DNA of 54,206 nt from a virus (Duplodnaviria > Caudoviricetes): the IMG/VR virus record IMGVR_UViG_3300023174_000215, positions 1 through 54,206 of that record. One strand, written 5' to 3'. Shown piece by piece: positions 7,793-16,797 of this stretch. The notes below the pieces were generated by a model. The model was not told the DNA's origin, did no database searches, and was given only the letters and a program-made list of their open reading frames with translations. Position numbers and translations under genes: made by a program. Positions within the stretch are counted from its first letter, which is position 1. Each line of letters begins with the position of its first letter.

Positions 7793-9274
7793 TTACTGGT
7801 CTTCTATAGATTGTTGAATAATACGAGTTGTTTGTTCTTCATTTAACCCGTTATCTGGTAGCTCGCGGAGTGCTTGTGCCTTGTCTCCAAAGATAGAACT
7901 AAGTACTCCAGCACCGCCTTGGCGTTCAACTGTCATGCGAATAAACTCTCGTGAATCATCTAATTCTTTAGTAGTTTTAATTAACTTAAACAGTCGGTCA
8001 ATCTCCTGCGAAACATTGGGGTCTGCGTATCCACCGTTCATTTCTTCGGTAAAACGCATGAAAGCAACGCGTTGTCCCTGCATTTCAATGATTGCGTTAA
8101 TCAAACTCTTTAGTTGGTCTTTAGTCTTTACTTCAATAGGAAGCTTGAATGCACATACACTTTGGGGTTTAAATGCAGGGCAGTTAGAAGCTACAAAACA
8201 TGTATCGCATTGACGTAAACTAGTGTCTTGTGACTGCACAACAGATACATCTTTAATGACATCATTACCTGTTTCATCTTGCTCTACAACTGACTTATAG
8301 GTGTATCCAAAGACGGGTAAATTGCCCATTTCTTCTGGATTTCGGGGTTCAAGTTTCCGCATCCCACCCCCCTTGTTATCGTTATGTGCAGGAGTAGTTT
8401 CCCCACTTTGCTCCACTTCACTCCACTCGTTGTTATCGTGTAACAGTGCGTCATCTTCGTTACCGTGCATGTTGTTTAACCTCGCTTCAAGTTGTTCAAA
8501 TGACCATACTGCTAATCGACACACCTCTTGTGGGTCGTCTTCCATAATCAAGTCATAGCTTAGACCAGCTTTATCATAGATAGCGCTGTACCTAACTCGG
8601 GCTTGTTCTTTCATCTTCTTGGGGTATCGAACTAATCTTGTTCCGTCCCAGATAATAGTTTCACCGTGCAACATGGGTGCTATCCACGACAGGCTACTAG
8701 CTGATTCAACCTTGACCTGCCTGAGGTTGTCAGGCTTAGCGGTATTGATAGCGTGGAACCTGGTGCCGTATTTATTAAAATAAGTCTTGGTTACTGAGGA
8801 TAGTTGGGTCTCGTATTCAATATCATCGCCCATAATTCCTATGTCCAGGTAGGACTCAACCATAGCCTTGAGGCCTTCAGGGCCCGTCTGGGACTGCCAG
8901 ATAGGTTGGAACTTACCTGGAGGTACCTCGGCCCAACAAGTACGCCGTTGCTCCTCTACGAAGGCTGGGTCAAGTGTTGGATGGGTTACTTCATTAAAGG
9001 TAGTAAGGCGGTCAATGTTATTAGCAACGAACTCTTCATATCCTGCTGCAAACTCTTCAAATTCATTTGGCCCCAGTTTTTCAACTTTGGGAATACCAGC
9101 ATGGACATAGATGTGGGTGTCTTTGCTGAAGTAGTTTTCTAATAGATAGACCTTAGTCTTAGGCAACCCGCGTTTAACAAGGCGCCAATAGCTCACGCCA
9201 ACGTGGTTGGCTGTGGTTGTCTCAAGGAGGGTGCGGTTAGAAGGAACCTCAGCACCCAGATATATCAGTTTCAA
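7793..9274 (-). CDS. Large hypothetical protein: possible degenerate TGT/DpdA-like barrel, Cys4 cluster and helical C-terminus
   Basis: ORF is secure; fold inferred from VSYW, YVHAG, RFHAI, SASSLSW..HG and CDTC-x5-C-x8-C. Confidence 0.45.
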   Translation of the reverse strand: MKLIYLGAEVPSNRTLLETTTANHVGVSYWRLVKRGLPKTKVYLLENYFSKDTHIYVHAGIPKVEKLGPNEFEEFAAGYEEFVANNIDRLTTFNEVTHPTLDPAFVEEQRRTCWAEVPPGKFQPIWQSQTGPEGLKAMVESYLDIGIMGDDIEYETQLSSVTKTYFNKYGTRFHAINTAKPDNLRQVKVESASSLSWIAPMLHGETIIWDGTRLVRYPKKMKEQARVRYSAIYDKAGLSYDLIMEDDPQEVCRLAVWSFEQLEARLNNMHGNEDDALLHDNNEWSEVEQSGETTPAHNDNKGGGMRKLEPRNPEEMGNLPVFGYTYKSVVEQDETGNDVIKDVSVVQSQDTSLRQCDTCFVASNCPAFKPQSVCAFKLPIEVKTKDQLKSLINAIIEMQGQRVAFMRFTEEMNGGYADPNVSQEIDRLFKLIKTTKELDDSREFIRMTVERQGGAGVLSSIFGDKAQALRELPDNGLNEEQTTRIIQQSIEDQ

Positions 9275-9726
9275 ACCCGTGGGTCTTCCTTTAGCATTTC
9301 CATCTGCTTATCCATCTCTTCTTCGATGGCTTTCCAACTACGAACGCCTTGGCGTCCATCTGGACGAAATTCTGGGCGCAAATAATTAGGGTGTAGAAAC
9401 AGTAAGGTGTCTATGCCTTGCTCTAGTAATTCTTTGGCAAGTTCAACATTGGCTGTAACTACTAGTTCTACTTTACCTTGTGAGCGACAGTACTTAACCT
9501 GTTCTAGCTCTGGGTTTTCTAAAATACCTGGTGCGGTGTTATCTACCAAGTCATCATAAGTATTTACTTTGTGCTCTAATAACCAGCGGTGTGTTTTTTC
9601 TTTTTCTTCTGATAGTAAAACTACACGCATATCTTCGCTGAACATGCGGTATAGCGCCATGCCCGCATAGATAGGGGAGTTGGAATTATGGCGTAATACG
9701 CCATCGACAAACATTACAATTGCCAC
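9271..9726 (-). CDS. HAD-like protein with degenerate motif I
   Basis: N-terminal IVMFVDGVL resembles DxDGVL; VVLLS motif II-like strand. Confidence 0.55.
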   Translation of the reverse strand: MAIVMFVDGVLRHNSNSPIYAGMALYRMFSEDMRVVLLSEEKEKTHRWLLEHKVNTYDDLVDNTAPGILENPELEQVKYCRSQGKVELVVTANVELAKELLEQGIDTLLFLHPNYLRPEFRPDGRQGVRSWKAIEEEMDKQMEMLKEDPRV

Positions 9727-9753
9727 AATGTATTTCTCCGTATAGTTAGTTTA

Positions 9754-10662
9754 CTATTTAGATGATATTGCTCTGCGAATCAGAACCCTAGCATCTGGAA
9801 GTTCCATACCGTAGGTCTGGGACTCAAACTCTTGACGTGTCTTTTTAGACAAATCTTTTAACTGTTTTAGTGCTTGTACAACTCCTGATGACTTACCTGC
9901 CTGCCAACGGTAGTTAGAGTAGTCTAAATAACCCTGTCCGCTTTGGCTAAACGCAGCATTTCTTCCATGATGTATATCTTCAAACAAAGCCGCGCCTTGT
10001 TCAATAGATAGTTTAAGTGCAGCTTCAGCGTTGCGTCGTGCAGCATCTGTTGTTGCTGTACCAATCTTAGATAACGCTTCTGAATAACGGGTCAGAATTT
10101 CAACCGCCATATTTTCATCGCGGGTTACTTTGCGTTCCCAATCTCTACCAACTGTTACTGTTAGATTCTGTGGTTCAACAGTCCAATCATCATCAGTTAA
10201 TGAATATGCAGCGTAAGGTTTGATGTTACGGATATCCGTCTGAACATTGACATAGAATGTAAGCTCAAATGCGCCCATGAACTCTTCAGTTTTTGGGTGC
10301 AGGTCTTCACGGAAATTTTCATTAAACATATCCGCAATCTCTTTATCACTAAAGCCCGCATATTTTGTATTCGATTGGCGGAAGCGAATGTAATCAACTC
10401 CTACAAGACAATCTAAATCTGCTGGACTACGATTAGCGGCCCATTGAAACGATACGCCTGAACCCGCTATCCAAGCGTGAACGTAAGCTTCAGGGTTGTA
10501 ATAGTTGTTGCGAAGGTGTTCAAATAAAATACGAAGGATGCCATCACGGACGCTACCAACCATTTGGTTATCACGGAATAGGCGTGGGTCTAACCCAGCT
10601 TGGGGGTTACTAAAGTAGGAGGTTTCTGAAGGCTCTACTGTTACAGCCTCATATAAACTCAT
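9754..10662 (-). CDS. Pol-beta superfamily nucleotidyltransferase
   Basis: IAGS...ADLDCLV signature; third acidic residue in FELTFY; helical C-terminal domain. Confidence 0.8.
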   Translation of the reverse strand: MSLYEAVTVEPSETSYFSNPQAGLDPRLFRDNQMVGSVRDGILRILFEHLRNNYYNPEAYVHAWIAGSGVSFQWAANRSPADLDCLVGVDYIRFRQSNTKYAGFSDKEIADMFNENFREDLHPKTEEFMGAFELTFYVNVQTDIRNIKPYAAYSLTDDDWTVEPQNLTVTVGRDWERKVTRDENMAVEILTRYSEALSKIGTATTDAARRNAEAALKLSIEQGAALFEDIHHGRNAAFSQSGQGYLDYSNYRWQAGKSSGVVQALKQLKDLSKKTRQEFESQTYGMELPDARVLIRRAISSK

Positions 10663-10669
10663 TTAGTTA

Positions 10670-10888
10670 TTATAGTTCTTTTTCTTTCTTTTCCTTGTAC
10701 ATAATGTCAGATTCAAACTCAAATTTGCGATGCTTTTCTGGAGCATCGACAGCAGTTTTTGTCATAAAACCACACGCTTGATGTGCACCAACAAATTGTT
10801 GCGCCCATAAAACAGCCAGCGTTTCGTTTTCCTCAACATCAATTTGAAAAGATGCCATGCACGTGCAAGACATTTCGATGAACGCCAT
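10670..10888 (-). CDS. Small putative metal-binding protein
   Basis: CxC...HxxC. Confidence 0.65.
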   Translation of the reverse strand: MAFIEMSCTCMASFQIDVEENETLAVLWAQQFVGAHQACGFMTKTAVDAPEKHRKFEFESDIMYKEKKEKEL

Positions 10889-10912
10889 AGGAGGCCACCC
10901 TTCACTGTGTAG

Positions 10913-11197
10913 TTACAGTATACCCCTGTCAGATAGGGCTTGAAGTATTGAACTGGCCGTGGCTTTCTCGTTTGGGGTCGCTGCGGCAATCATTTCGGCA
11001 ACAATAATGTTGCTTAATTCTGAGTTTTTAACCACCTCTAGGATGTCTTGACACCCGTGCTTTACGTCCGCATTTGTCGCTTTACGCCCAATTTTTAAGG
11101 GCGCATCCATACTGGTAGTGGCATAAAACGACCCATCTGGGCGCTTTACGATTAAAAAGGCTGTTTCAACCTCTTCAGGTTCTTTAGCCTTAGCCAT
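10913..11197 (-). CDS. Hypothetical protein
   Basis: TAATG coupling to upstream gene. Confidence 0.75.
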   Translation of the reverse strand: MAKAKEPEEVETAFLIVKRPDGSFYATTSMDAPLKIGRKATNADVKHGCQDILEVVKNSELSNIIVAEMIAAATPNEKATASSILQALSDRGIL

Positions 11198-11763
11198 TAG
11201 CTATACAGACCCTGTTGCTTAAAGGCTTTCTCTTGGACTACGGACTTAACTGGGCAGTAATCACAAAGGTAGACCTTTGGTCCGCTACTTTCCTTTTCTA
11301 ACCCTGCATCTAAACGCTCTTTGGCTGTATCAGCTTTAAGAAGCTTTTTATCACTTTTGTAATCGCCACAATCTTTAGTTTGCTTGTGTGCAATCCAACA
11401 AGTCATTGCATCTGCTGTAAAATTCTCTTTAGTTGCATAGAAATTGGTACCAAAAATATCTAAACCCTGGGCACCTTCTTGAATCTGCTTCATAATGCCT
11501 TCTTTTACCTTTGGAATAATCCAAAAACGAACAGGCAAATAATAGATAACGCGGTCATCGCGGTTGGTGCACCCTTTATCAATGTGCTGGTCTACAAAGA
11601 AACGTAGGGCCTCATCAAATTCAACGGTGTTCTCTCCGCCTTCTGGGCCAGAGTAACCAGGGATTTCATCAATAGTCTTGCACTTAAGGCACTTCATCAA
11701 GCGCATCATTGGTTCATTAGGGTCGACTTTTGCGCTCTTTAAAGTGGAAAGGTCAAGTGTCAT
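11197..11763 (-). CDS. Cys-rich hypothetical protein
   Basis: AAGGAG RBS; CxxC at both ends plus CxxxH. Confidence 0.8.
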   Translation of the reverse strand: MTLDLSTLKSAKVDPNEPMMRLMKCLKCKTIDEIPGYSGPEGGENTVEFDEALRFFVDQHIDKGCTNRDDRVIYYLPVRFWIIPKVKEGIMKQIQEGAQGLDIFGTNFYATKENFTADAMTCWIAHKQTKDCGDYKSDKKLLKADTAKERLDAGLEKESSGPKVYLCDYCPVKSVVQEKAFKQQGLYS

Positions 11764-11803
11764 AGTTGCTCCTTGTAGTAGACCGAGTTAATCTTATCAC
11801 AGA

Positions 11804-12244
11804 TTATTTGGCTGGTTTTTCCCCGCGCTTTTTTAATGCTGCTGCAATCTTTGCTTGGCGTGCAGCGGCATCAGCTTTTGCAGCCTCTTTGTCTACACGA
11901 GGCTTACTATAGATAGACCCTGCATCTTTAGGTGTTTCCATAGATGGAGCATCAGTCTTAATAATTGGCTTTGGCTTTGGTAATTTAATTCTATCTTTTG
12001 CGGGAACTACATACCCTGCGTTTTCTTCGTTGGTCATATGGCGACCTGAAAGTTTAGGTTCTACTTCCATGCCTGGTGCAACTGGCATAGTAATCTTGTC
12101 TGGACGTGCATCAATATGGGCATTGACGGGAGCACCACGATGTAGGTGTTGTCTGTTTAATAACCCTTTATGAACAGGATTAGATGGGTCATAGTTACTT
12201 ACACGAAGTGAACTAGGACCACGGTCTTCTGGCAAATCAGACAC
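11804..12244 (-). CDS. Pro/Lys-rich protein with PxDR leader
   Basis: TAGTG coupling; N-terminus MSDLPEDRGPSSLRVSN. Confidence 0.75.
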   Translation of the reverse strand: MSDLPEDRGPSSLRVSNYDPSNPVHKGLLNRQHLHRGAPVNAHIDARPDKITMPVAPGMEVEPKLSGRHMTNEENAGYVVPAKDRIKLPKPKPIIKTDAPSMETPKDAGSIYSKPRVDKEAAKADAAARQAKIAAALKKRGEKPAK

Positions 12245-12375
12245 TACTTATCCTTTTTCTTTTCTTCTTTAGAAAAGTGCTGTGACATTTCATCCATAGA
12301 TTCTGGGGTTAAATAATCCCAACCTTCAGGACGGTCATCAGATGGCTCTGGAAACTGTGGTGTTGTTGGCTTCAT
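12244..12375 (-). CDS. 43-aa protein (not in ORF track)
   Basis: MKPTTPQFPEPSDDRPEGWDYL...; coupled at both ends. Confidence 0.65.
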   Translation of the reverse strand: MKPTTPQFPEPSDDRPEGWDYLTPESMDEMSQHFSKEEKKKDK

Positions 12376-12533
12376 TAGAGTCGCTTATTTGCTTCGTCAT
12401 ACTCAGCTTCGTGAGTATCAGGCTGTGGGTTTGCTAATTCATATCCAAATTTACGGCCGAAATAATCATTGCGGTCTTCTTCGTGATTTGATACACGACC
12501 AGAATCGTTTGCTCTATCTTTTGGAGTAGGCAT
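12375..12533 (-). CDS. 52-aa protein with PxDRAND leader (not in ORF track)
   Basis: MPTPKDRANDSGRVSNHEED...; TAATG coupling. Confidence 0.7.
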   Translation of the reverse strand: MPTPKDRANDSGRVSNHEEDRNDYFGRKFGYELANPQPDTHEAEYDEANKRL

Positions 12534-12536
12534 TAT

Positions 12537-12749
12537 TTAAAACCCCAAATCTGAAGCACAAGACTCACACACACGGCCTTGACCTGCGTAATCTTGTGCA
12601 CCTTTGTTACCGCAATTGTCACATTTCCATTTTGGATTGTCATTTCCTGTGACAGTTTCGTTTTCCCAAGTTTTCATGGCTGTTTTAGACAAAGAAGTAT
12701 GGGGAGCACGTTTTGTATCGTTAGCACGGTCTGGAACTAAATTAGCCAT
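12537..12749 (-). CDS. Small Zn-ribbon protein with DRAND leader
   Basis: MANLVPDRANDTKR; CxxC..CxxC. Confidence 0.75.
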   Translation of the reverse strand: MANLVPDRANDTKRAPHTSLSKTAMKTWENETVTGNDNPKWKCDNCGNKGAQDYAGQGRVCESCASDLGF

Positions 12750-12751
12750 AA

Positions 12752-12958
12752 TTAACCTACGGGATTTACTTTAGATGGCTCTTCTGAGTTGATGAAACCA
12801 TAGTTCATATATGGATGTAGTCCAGCGCGATTCTTTACAACATCTTGGTCACCCATACCTGGGATTACTGTTGTATTTGGACGGCGCTTGCGATATTTGC
12901 CATCTGTTGCGCCTTCTAAAAGCGATGCGTTCTGTGAACGTGATGCGTTTACTGTCAT
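12752..12958 (-). CDS. Hypothetical protein
   Basis: Start moved to ATG 12958 (MTVNASRS) after AAGGAA. Confidence 0.75.
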   Translation of the reverse strand: MTVNASRSQNASLLEGATDGKYRKRRPNTTVIPGMGDQDVVKNRAGLHPYMNYGFINSEEPSKVNPVG

Positions 12959-12968
12959 GTGGGTTCCT

Positions 12969-13166
12969 TTACCAAGTTCCTGTGTTAAATGTTGCTTGTG
13001 ATTCGGCTGCTTTTTGTCCAGCAGTAGGACTCCAATCAACATTACGTCCAGGAGCAAAGGCTCCTGCATCGTGTCCTGCTTGAATCTGTGACCACTTGTT
13101 GTTCTCTACTGCTTTGGCGGCACCTTTGGCAACACGTCGGTCATTAAATGATTTAAGTAGATGCAT
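12969..13166 (-). CDS. Small hypothetical protein
   Basis: AAGGA RBS. Confidence 0.7.
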   Translation of the reverse strand: MHLLKSFNDRRVAKGAAKAVENNKWSQIQAGHDAGAFAPGRNVDWSPTAGQKAAESQATFNTGTW

Positions 13167-13175
13167 TATTTGTCC

Positions 13176-13361
13176 TTACCAAACACTTGAATCGTTTTTA
13201 CGAACAGGTTGTTCGCTTGAAAGATTGTTTGCGCTAAAAGAGGTTTTTCCTTTGTTAAACGCAGCAGTACGAGCTTCTCGTGCGTTGTTGTTTTGGCTTT
13301 TAGTAACGGCATTGTTAGTAAGCCGAGATAAACCAGCATCTAATTTTTTAAAAACGCCCAT
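13176..13361 (-). CDS. Small basic hypothetical protein
   Basis: Start moved to ATG 13361 (MGVFKKL), TAATG coupling. Confidence 0.7.
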   Translation of the reverse strand: MGVFKKLDAGLSRLTNNAVTKSQNNNAREARTAAFNKGKTSFSANNLSSEQPVRKNDSSVW

Positions 13362-13588
13362 TATGCCATCCGTCCTTTGAGTAGCTTTGCTGACTTCCTG
13401 CGTAAACAGGTTGAGCAGAGTTCTGCGTGTAATGATTGTACTGGATTTAGTAGTGTTCCACACTCAATACATGGCTTAGAACCGTTGTATTGGGTCTTTA
13501 ATTCGCGCTGAGTAGATAGGCGGACGTCTTCTGCCCCTGCCATACCTTCTCCAGTTGAGTCGGTAAATAGCCCTGGGTCATTCTTCAT
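13361..13588 (-). CDS. Small Zn-finger protein
   Basis: Start ATG 13588 (MKNDPGL); CxxC..CxxC. Confidence 0.7.
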   Translation of the reverse strand: MKNDPGLFTDSTGEGMAGAEDVRLSTQRELKTQYNGSKPCIECGTLLNPVQSLHAELCSTCLRRKSAKLLKGRMA

Positions 13589-13712
13589 TTTTTGACGCCT
13601 TTTCTTTTGCTTCAACAGCCTCTGTCATAGGAACCCATTTTTTAGGGTCTTTTATATCAGGAAACCGATTAACAATAATATCGTTATGAAAATCTTTTTT
13701 ATTACGTCCCAT
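13578..13712 (-). CDS. 44-aa protein (not in ORF track)
   Basis: MGRNKKDFHNDIIVNRFP...; TAATG coupling. Confidence 0.6.
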   Translation of the reverse strand: MGRNKKDFHNDIIVNRFPDIKDPKKWVPMTEAVEAKEKASKNEE

Positions 13713-14020
13713 TATCGCCCCTCAAATAACTTTCCCTCAGAGCTAGCTTTAATAAAAGCTGCTGCTCTTGACTCTGCTTTACCCATATTTTGTTTAAACT
13801 TACTAAGTTTTCCTTTAATTGGAAAAGTACGAATTTCTCCTGTGCTGTCAGCTTGGCCTTCAACTACTGCTTTAGGAACAGTAGTACCTTTATCAGTATA
13901 GTGCTCAGTTGATACAACAGTTTGTCCGTTACCAGATGGCTTAAGTTTTCCGCCAATTTTTTCTGCTTTTTTTACCGCTTTACGTGCTCCAGCAGAAAGC
14001 GTTGTTGATTTTTTTGACAT
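13712..14020 (-). CDS. Lys-rich basic protein
   Basis: AGGAGGAG RBS, TAATG coupling. Confidence 0.75.
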   Translation of the reverse strand: MSKKSTTLSAGARKAVKKAEKIGGKLKPSGNGQTVVSTEHYTDKGTTVPKAVVEGQADSTGEIRTFPIKGKLSKFKQNMGKAESRAAAFIKASSEGKLFEGR

Positions 14021-14376
14021 TAGACGGCTCCTCCTAAGGCGTTACGACTTGAACTCTGCGGTGTGTTAGGGCTTTGGCTAAAGTCAGACTCTACACGCTG
14101 TTGTGAGCGTCCTGGTAGCTCAATTATGTCTTCAATACTTATTTCAGTATCGGTGTAACCATACTTCTCTGGAAATAGTTTAATCTGAGGCATAGGTGGG
14201 CGTACATATTGTTGGATTTCTTCGCCCGACATTGAGTTAACGGCCAATGATTGGCTGAGTAGACGTTCTTGATTAGATTGAAATGGCCCAATGTATGCCT
14301 GTGGTGGGTAAGCAGCCTCTGGAGGTGCTTGCCATGGTTTGCGGGAGTAAACACCGTCTGCGCTTCTACCTGGCAT
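14020..14376 (-). CDS. Pro/Gln-rich hypothetical protein
   Basis: Abuts upstream gene. Confidence 0.75.
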   Translation of the reverse strand: MPGRSADGVYSRKPWQAPPEAAYPPQAYIGPFQSNQERLLSQSLAVNSMSGEEIQQYVRPPMPQIKLFPEKYGYTDTEISIEDIIELPGRSQQRVESDFSQSPNTPQSSSRNALGGAV

Positions 14377-14916
14377 TTATTTCCAATTCGGTGATAGTGA
14401 ACTAAGTCGCTTAGCTCGGTTGAGGTTAACGCCCATAGGTGAGTCACTCTTTGCAGCAGGACCTGCTTTACCGTCGTTAGGTAAGTGTGGAGCTGGTGCT
14501 AGATGTTGTGCATCTGCATTTCTCTTTGATAGGTATACATTACCTTCTTGAACAGATTTCATTTGGCGCCGAATTCCACGAGCATTATCTAATCCTTCTG
14601 GATAGTAATAACTTGATTGGTCAATGCGCTCGCCTTTGTGAACACCGCGTTGGTAACCGCGTTGTCCAATACGAATTTTAAGTGAATCTAAAACATTTTC
14701 TGATGTAGAACCTGGACGACCACGGTCATCACGACGAGTTCTAATTGTTCCGAGATAGCCATCTGGATACTCTGCGGAAGGTTGGCGTCCAACACCAAGA
14801 CGAAGGAAATCTAATTCGCTTCGTGCAACAGGAACACCGCCACCACCATAATTGGTATTGGTTCCATACATCCCAGCAGCGCCGAGATTTTGAATGTTTT
14901 GATGTGGTCCTGGCAT
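14377..14916 (-). CDS. Gly/Arg-rich hypothetical protein, probably leaderless
   Basis: TATAAT lies 6 nt before ATG, no SD. Confidence 0.8.
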   Translation of the reverse strand: MPGPHQNIQNLGAAGMYGTNTNYGGGGVPVARSELDFLRLGVGRQPSAEYPDGYLGTIRTRRDDRGRPGSTSENVLDSLKIRIGQRGYQRGVHKGERIDQSSYYYPEGLDNARGIRRQMKSVQEGNVYLSKRNADAQHLAPAPHLPNDGKAGPAAKSDSPMGVNLNRAKRLSSLSPNWK

Positions 14917-14930
14917 GACTACATTATAGG

Positions 14931-16103
14931 CTAGCGAAACCCACCTAGTACTACTAACTCACGACGGGCATCAAATCCTTCACCAACTACTAAAGATGTG
15001 ATTCCTGGATGAGATTCAAGGCCTGATTTATCTCTAAACCAAGCTGACCCGTTATCCATTGCAGGGTTCTGGATGAACAATCGCATACCAACGCTTTGAA
15101 CATCGTAATGGTGCAAGTGTCCAACATTGAGTATGTCAGCGTTTGCTACTGAACAACGACCCATTACCTGACCTGACCACCACTTCACCATATCTCGTGC
15201 TTGGTGTCCGTGTGCCATTCCGTACAGAGTTCCACTCAAGTTAACGGCAAGGGTGCTGTCATCTTTGGCTGGATATCTAAACTCAACTCTGTCTTTAAGG
15301 AACTCATTTTCTAAACACGCATCTTCTACAGCGCGAACAATCTCAATCTGCCAGGAATCTTCTGGGCGAGATACCAAGAAACGCTGGACTTCATCGTGGT
15401 TACCTGGAACCACGGGAACAATAATCTTTGATGCAAACGGTGCCATAGCTTTAATTTGATTCATAAGGATACGGCGTCCTACTTGTACTTGTTGGGCTAC
15501 GCCAATATCGTGACGCCCCATAACTTTACCTTTTTGGCTTGTCATACCTTCAATGCAATCACCCAATTGGGGTAGTGCAATCTGCCCAATTTTATATTTA
15601 CTTTGTAAAAACTTATGGTGCTCTACTGCTTCTGCAAAGGAACGCAGCACTCTATCTACAATAGCTGGCGTGTCATCTTTACCGTACTGGGTATCTCCAA
15701 GGCTGTATACAGCTGTTAAGTCTCCCTCAAAATCTATTGAACTTTCTGGGCGCCAATTCATCATTGATTCAATAAGTTTTTCCGCATCAAAATCATTTTC
15801 TATTGAAGACTTAACGGGAACAACGTTAATTTTAAATGATTCTAGCCATTCTCCGTCATATCGTTGCCAACGTGAGCGCCTATGTGATGTAACTGCCCAC
15901 TCATTAGGGTCTAAATTTGCTTCTCTAATAATCTCTTCTGCACCTGGAGTGTTGCCATCAGGTCGTGGTGTTGAAACAATAAATCCGCCATCATTACCAA
16001 TTTCAGAACGTGGTCTCCACGCATCTGGAATGTCTTTCATAATATTGTCGGAACCTTCTTGGCCCGCTTTTGTAAAATCATTAAATTCATCTTTTATGGA
16101 CAT
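14931..16103 (-). CDS. Calcineurin-like metallophosphoesterase
   Basis: GDTQ, LGDCIEG, PGNHDE, HGHQ, GHLHH motifs; ATG 16103 preferred over TTG/ATG alternatives at 16112. Confidence 0.88.
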   Translation of the reverse strand: MSIKDEFNDFTKAGQEGSDNIMKDIPDAWRPRSEIGNDGGFIVSTPRPDGNTPGAEEIIREANLDPNEWAVTSHRRSRWQRYDGEWLESFKINVVPVKSSIENDFDAEKLIESMMNWRPESSIDFEGDLTAVYSLGDTQYGKDDTPAIVDRVLRSFAEAVEHHKFLQSKYKIGQIALPQLGDCIEGMTSQKGKVMGRHDIGVAQQVQVGRRILMNQIKAMAPFASKIIVPVVPGNHDEVQRFLVSRPEDSWQIEIVRAVEDACLENEFLKDRVEFRYPAKDDSTLAVNLSGTLYGMAHGHQARDMVKWWSGQVMGRCSVANADILNVGHLHHYDVQSVGMRLFIQNPAMDNGSAWFRDKSGLESHPGITSLVVGEGFDARRELVVLGGFR

Positions 16104-16312
16104 GAGCACCATCGTTTTCTGTGGCTTTTAAATGCGGTAAGTCCGCAATTTAGGTCTTCAAATTTTTTGTTAAAAAATCTGTGTAAACTAGCAGTTGATG
16201 CATTACTGTTTAAAAGCTCAATGATTTCACTCTTTGATGGTTCTTCTTGTTCTGATACCCATAATCCCAAAAGACAATAGTTTTTTTGATTGGAATACAT
16301 GAGGTTCTTCAC
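16094..16312 (-). CDS. Small helical protein ending HRKRWCSCP
   Basis: Overlaps the phosphoesterase start; HRxxxCxC end. Confidence 0.6.
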   Translation of the reverse strand: MKNLMYSNQKNYCLLGLWVSEQEEPSKSEIIELLNSNASTASLHRFFNKKFEDLNCGLTAFKSHRKRWCSCP

Positions 16313-16361
16313 ACAGGTATTTAACCATAGTTACACAAATCACGCAATAAAGACACAACGC

Positions 16362-16389
16362 AAAAAGCCCCCCAATTTCTTGGAGGGCC
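16362..16389 (-). terminator. Intrinsic terminator
   Basis: Minus strand GCCCTCCAA-GAAA-TTGGGGGGC-TTTTT. Confidence 0.85.
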
Positions 16390-16402
16390 GTTGCTTATTT
16401 AA

Positions 16403-16738
16403 TTATTCTGCCATACCATCATTAAAGTTTGGACGTGAGCGGTTAACGGCTGCTTTAATAATGCGACCATTTCCCTGTGTTGCTGCTGCTTCTGGTGCGG
16501 TTGACTTTTGGAAGCCAACTCGAATACCGTAGCGAGCACCTGCACGTTCAACCATTACTTTGGTACGTGACGGCTTAGCTTGCTTGTATGGGTCTGTGCC
16601 ACCCTTAGCATTGCCAGTCTTTTTCATAAGCTTGCCTTTTTCAGGCATAGCAATGCGTGGTTTTGAACCTGCAGCGTTTGATGGCTCGGCTGATGTCGGA
16701 GCAATCGGTGCTGGGTTCTTCTTTGAATCTGATTTCAT
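16403..16738 (-). CDS. Basic low-complexity protein
   Basis: AAAGGA RBS; own terminator downstream. Confidence 0.75.
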   Translation of the reverse strand: MKSDSKKNPAPIAPTSAEPSNAAGSKPRIAMPEKGKLMKKTGNAKGGTDPYKQAKPSRTKVMVERAGARYGIRVGFQKSTAPEAAATQGNGRIIKAAVNRSRPNFNDGMAE

Positions 16739-16797
16739 TTGGTTTCCTTTGCAAAGGGGTTTATTAAAGATAAGGCATTTTGGCGCGAAATAACTGC

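Noticed and set aside
6193-9389. Antisense and alternate-frame ORFs within nrdJ and the 493-aa gene (and similar shadows across the window)
   Set aside because: Overlap well-supported genes, lack RBSs and motifs; expected shadow ORFs
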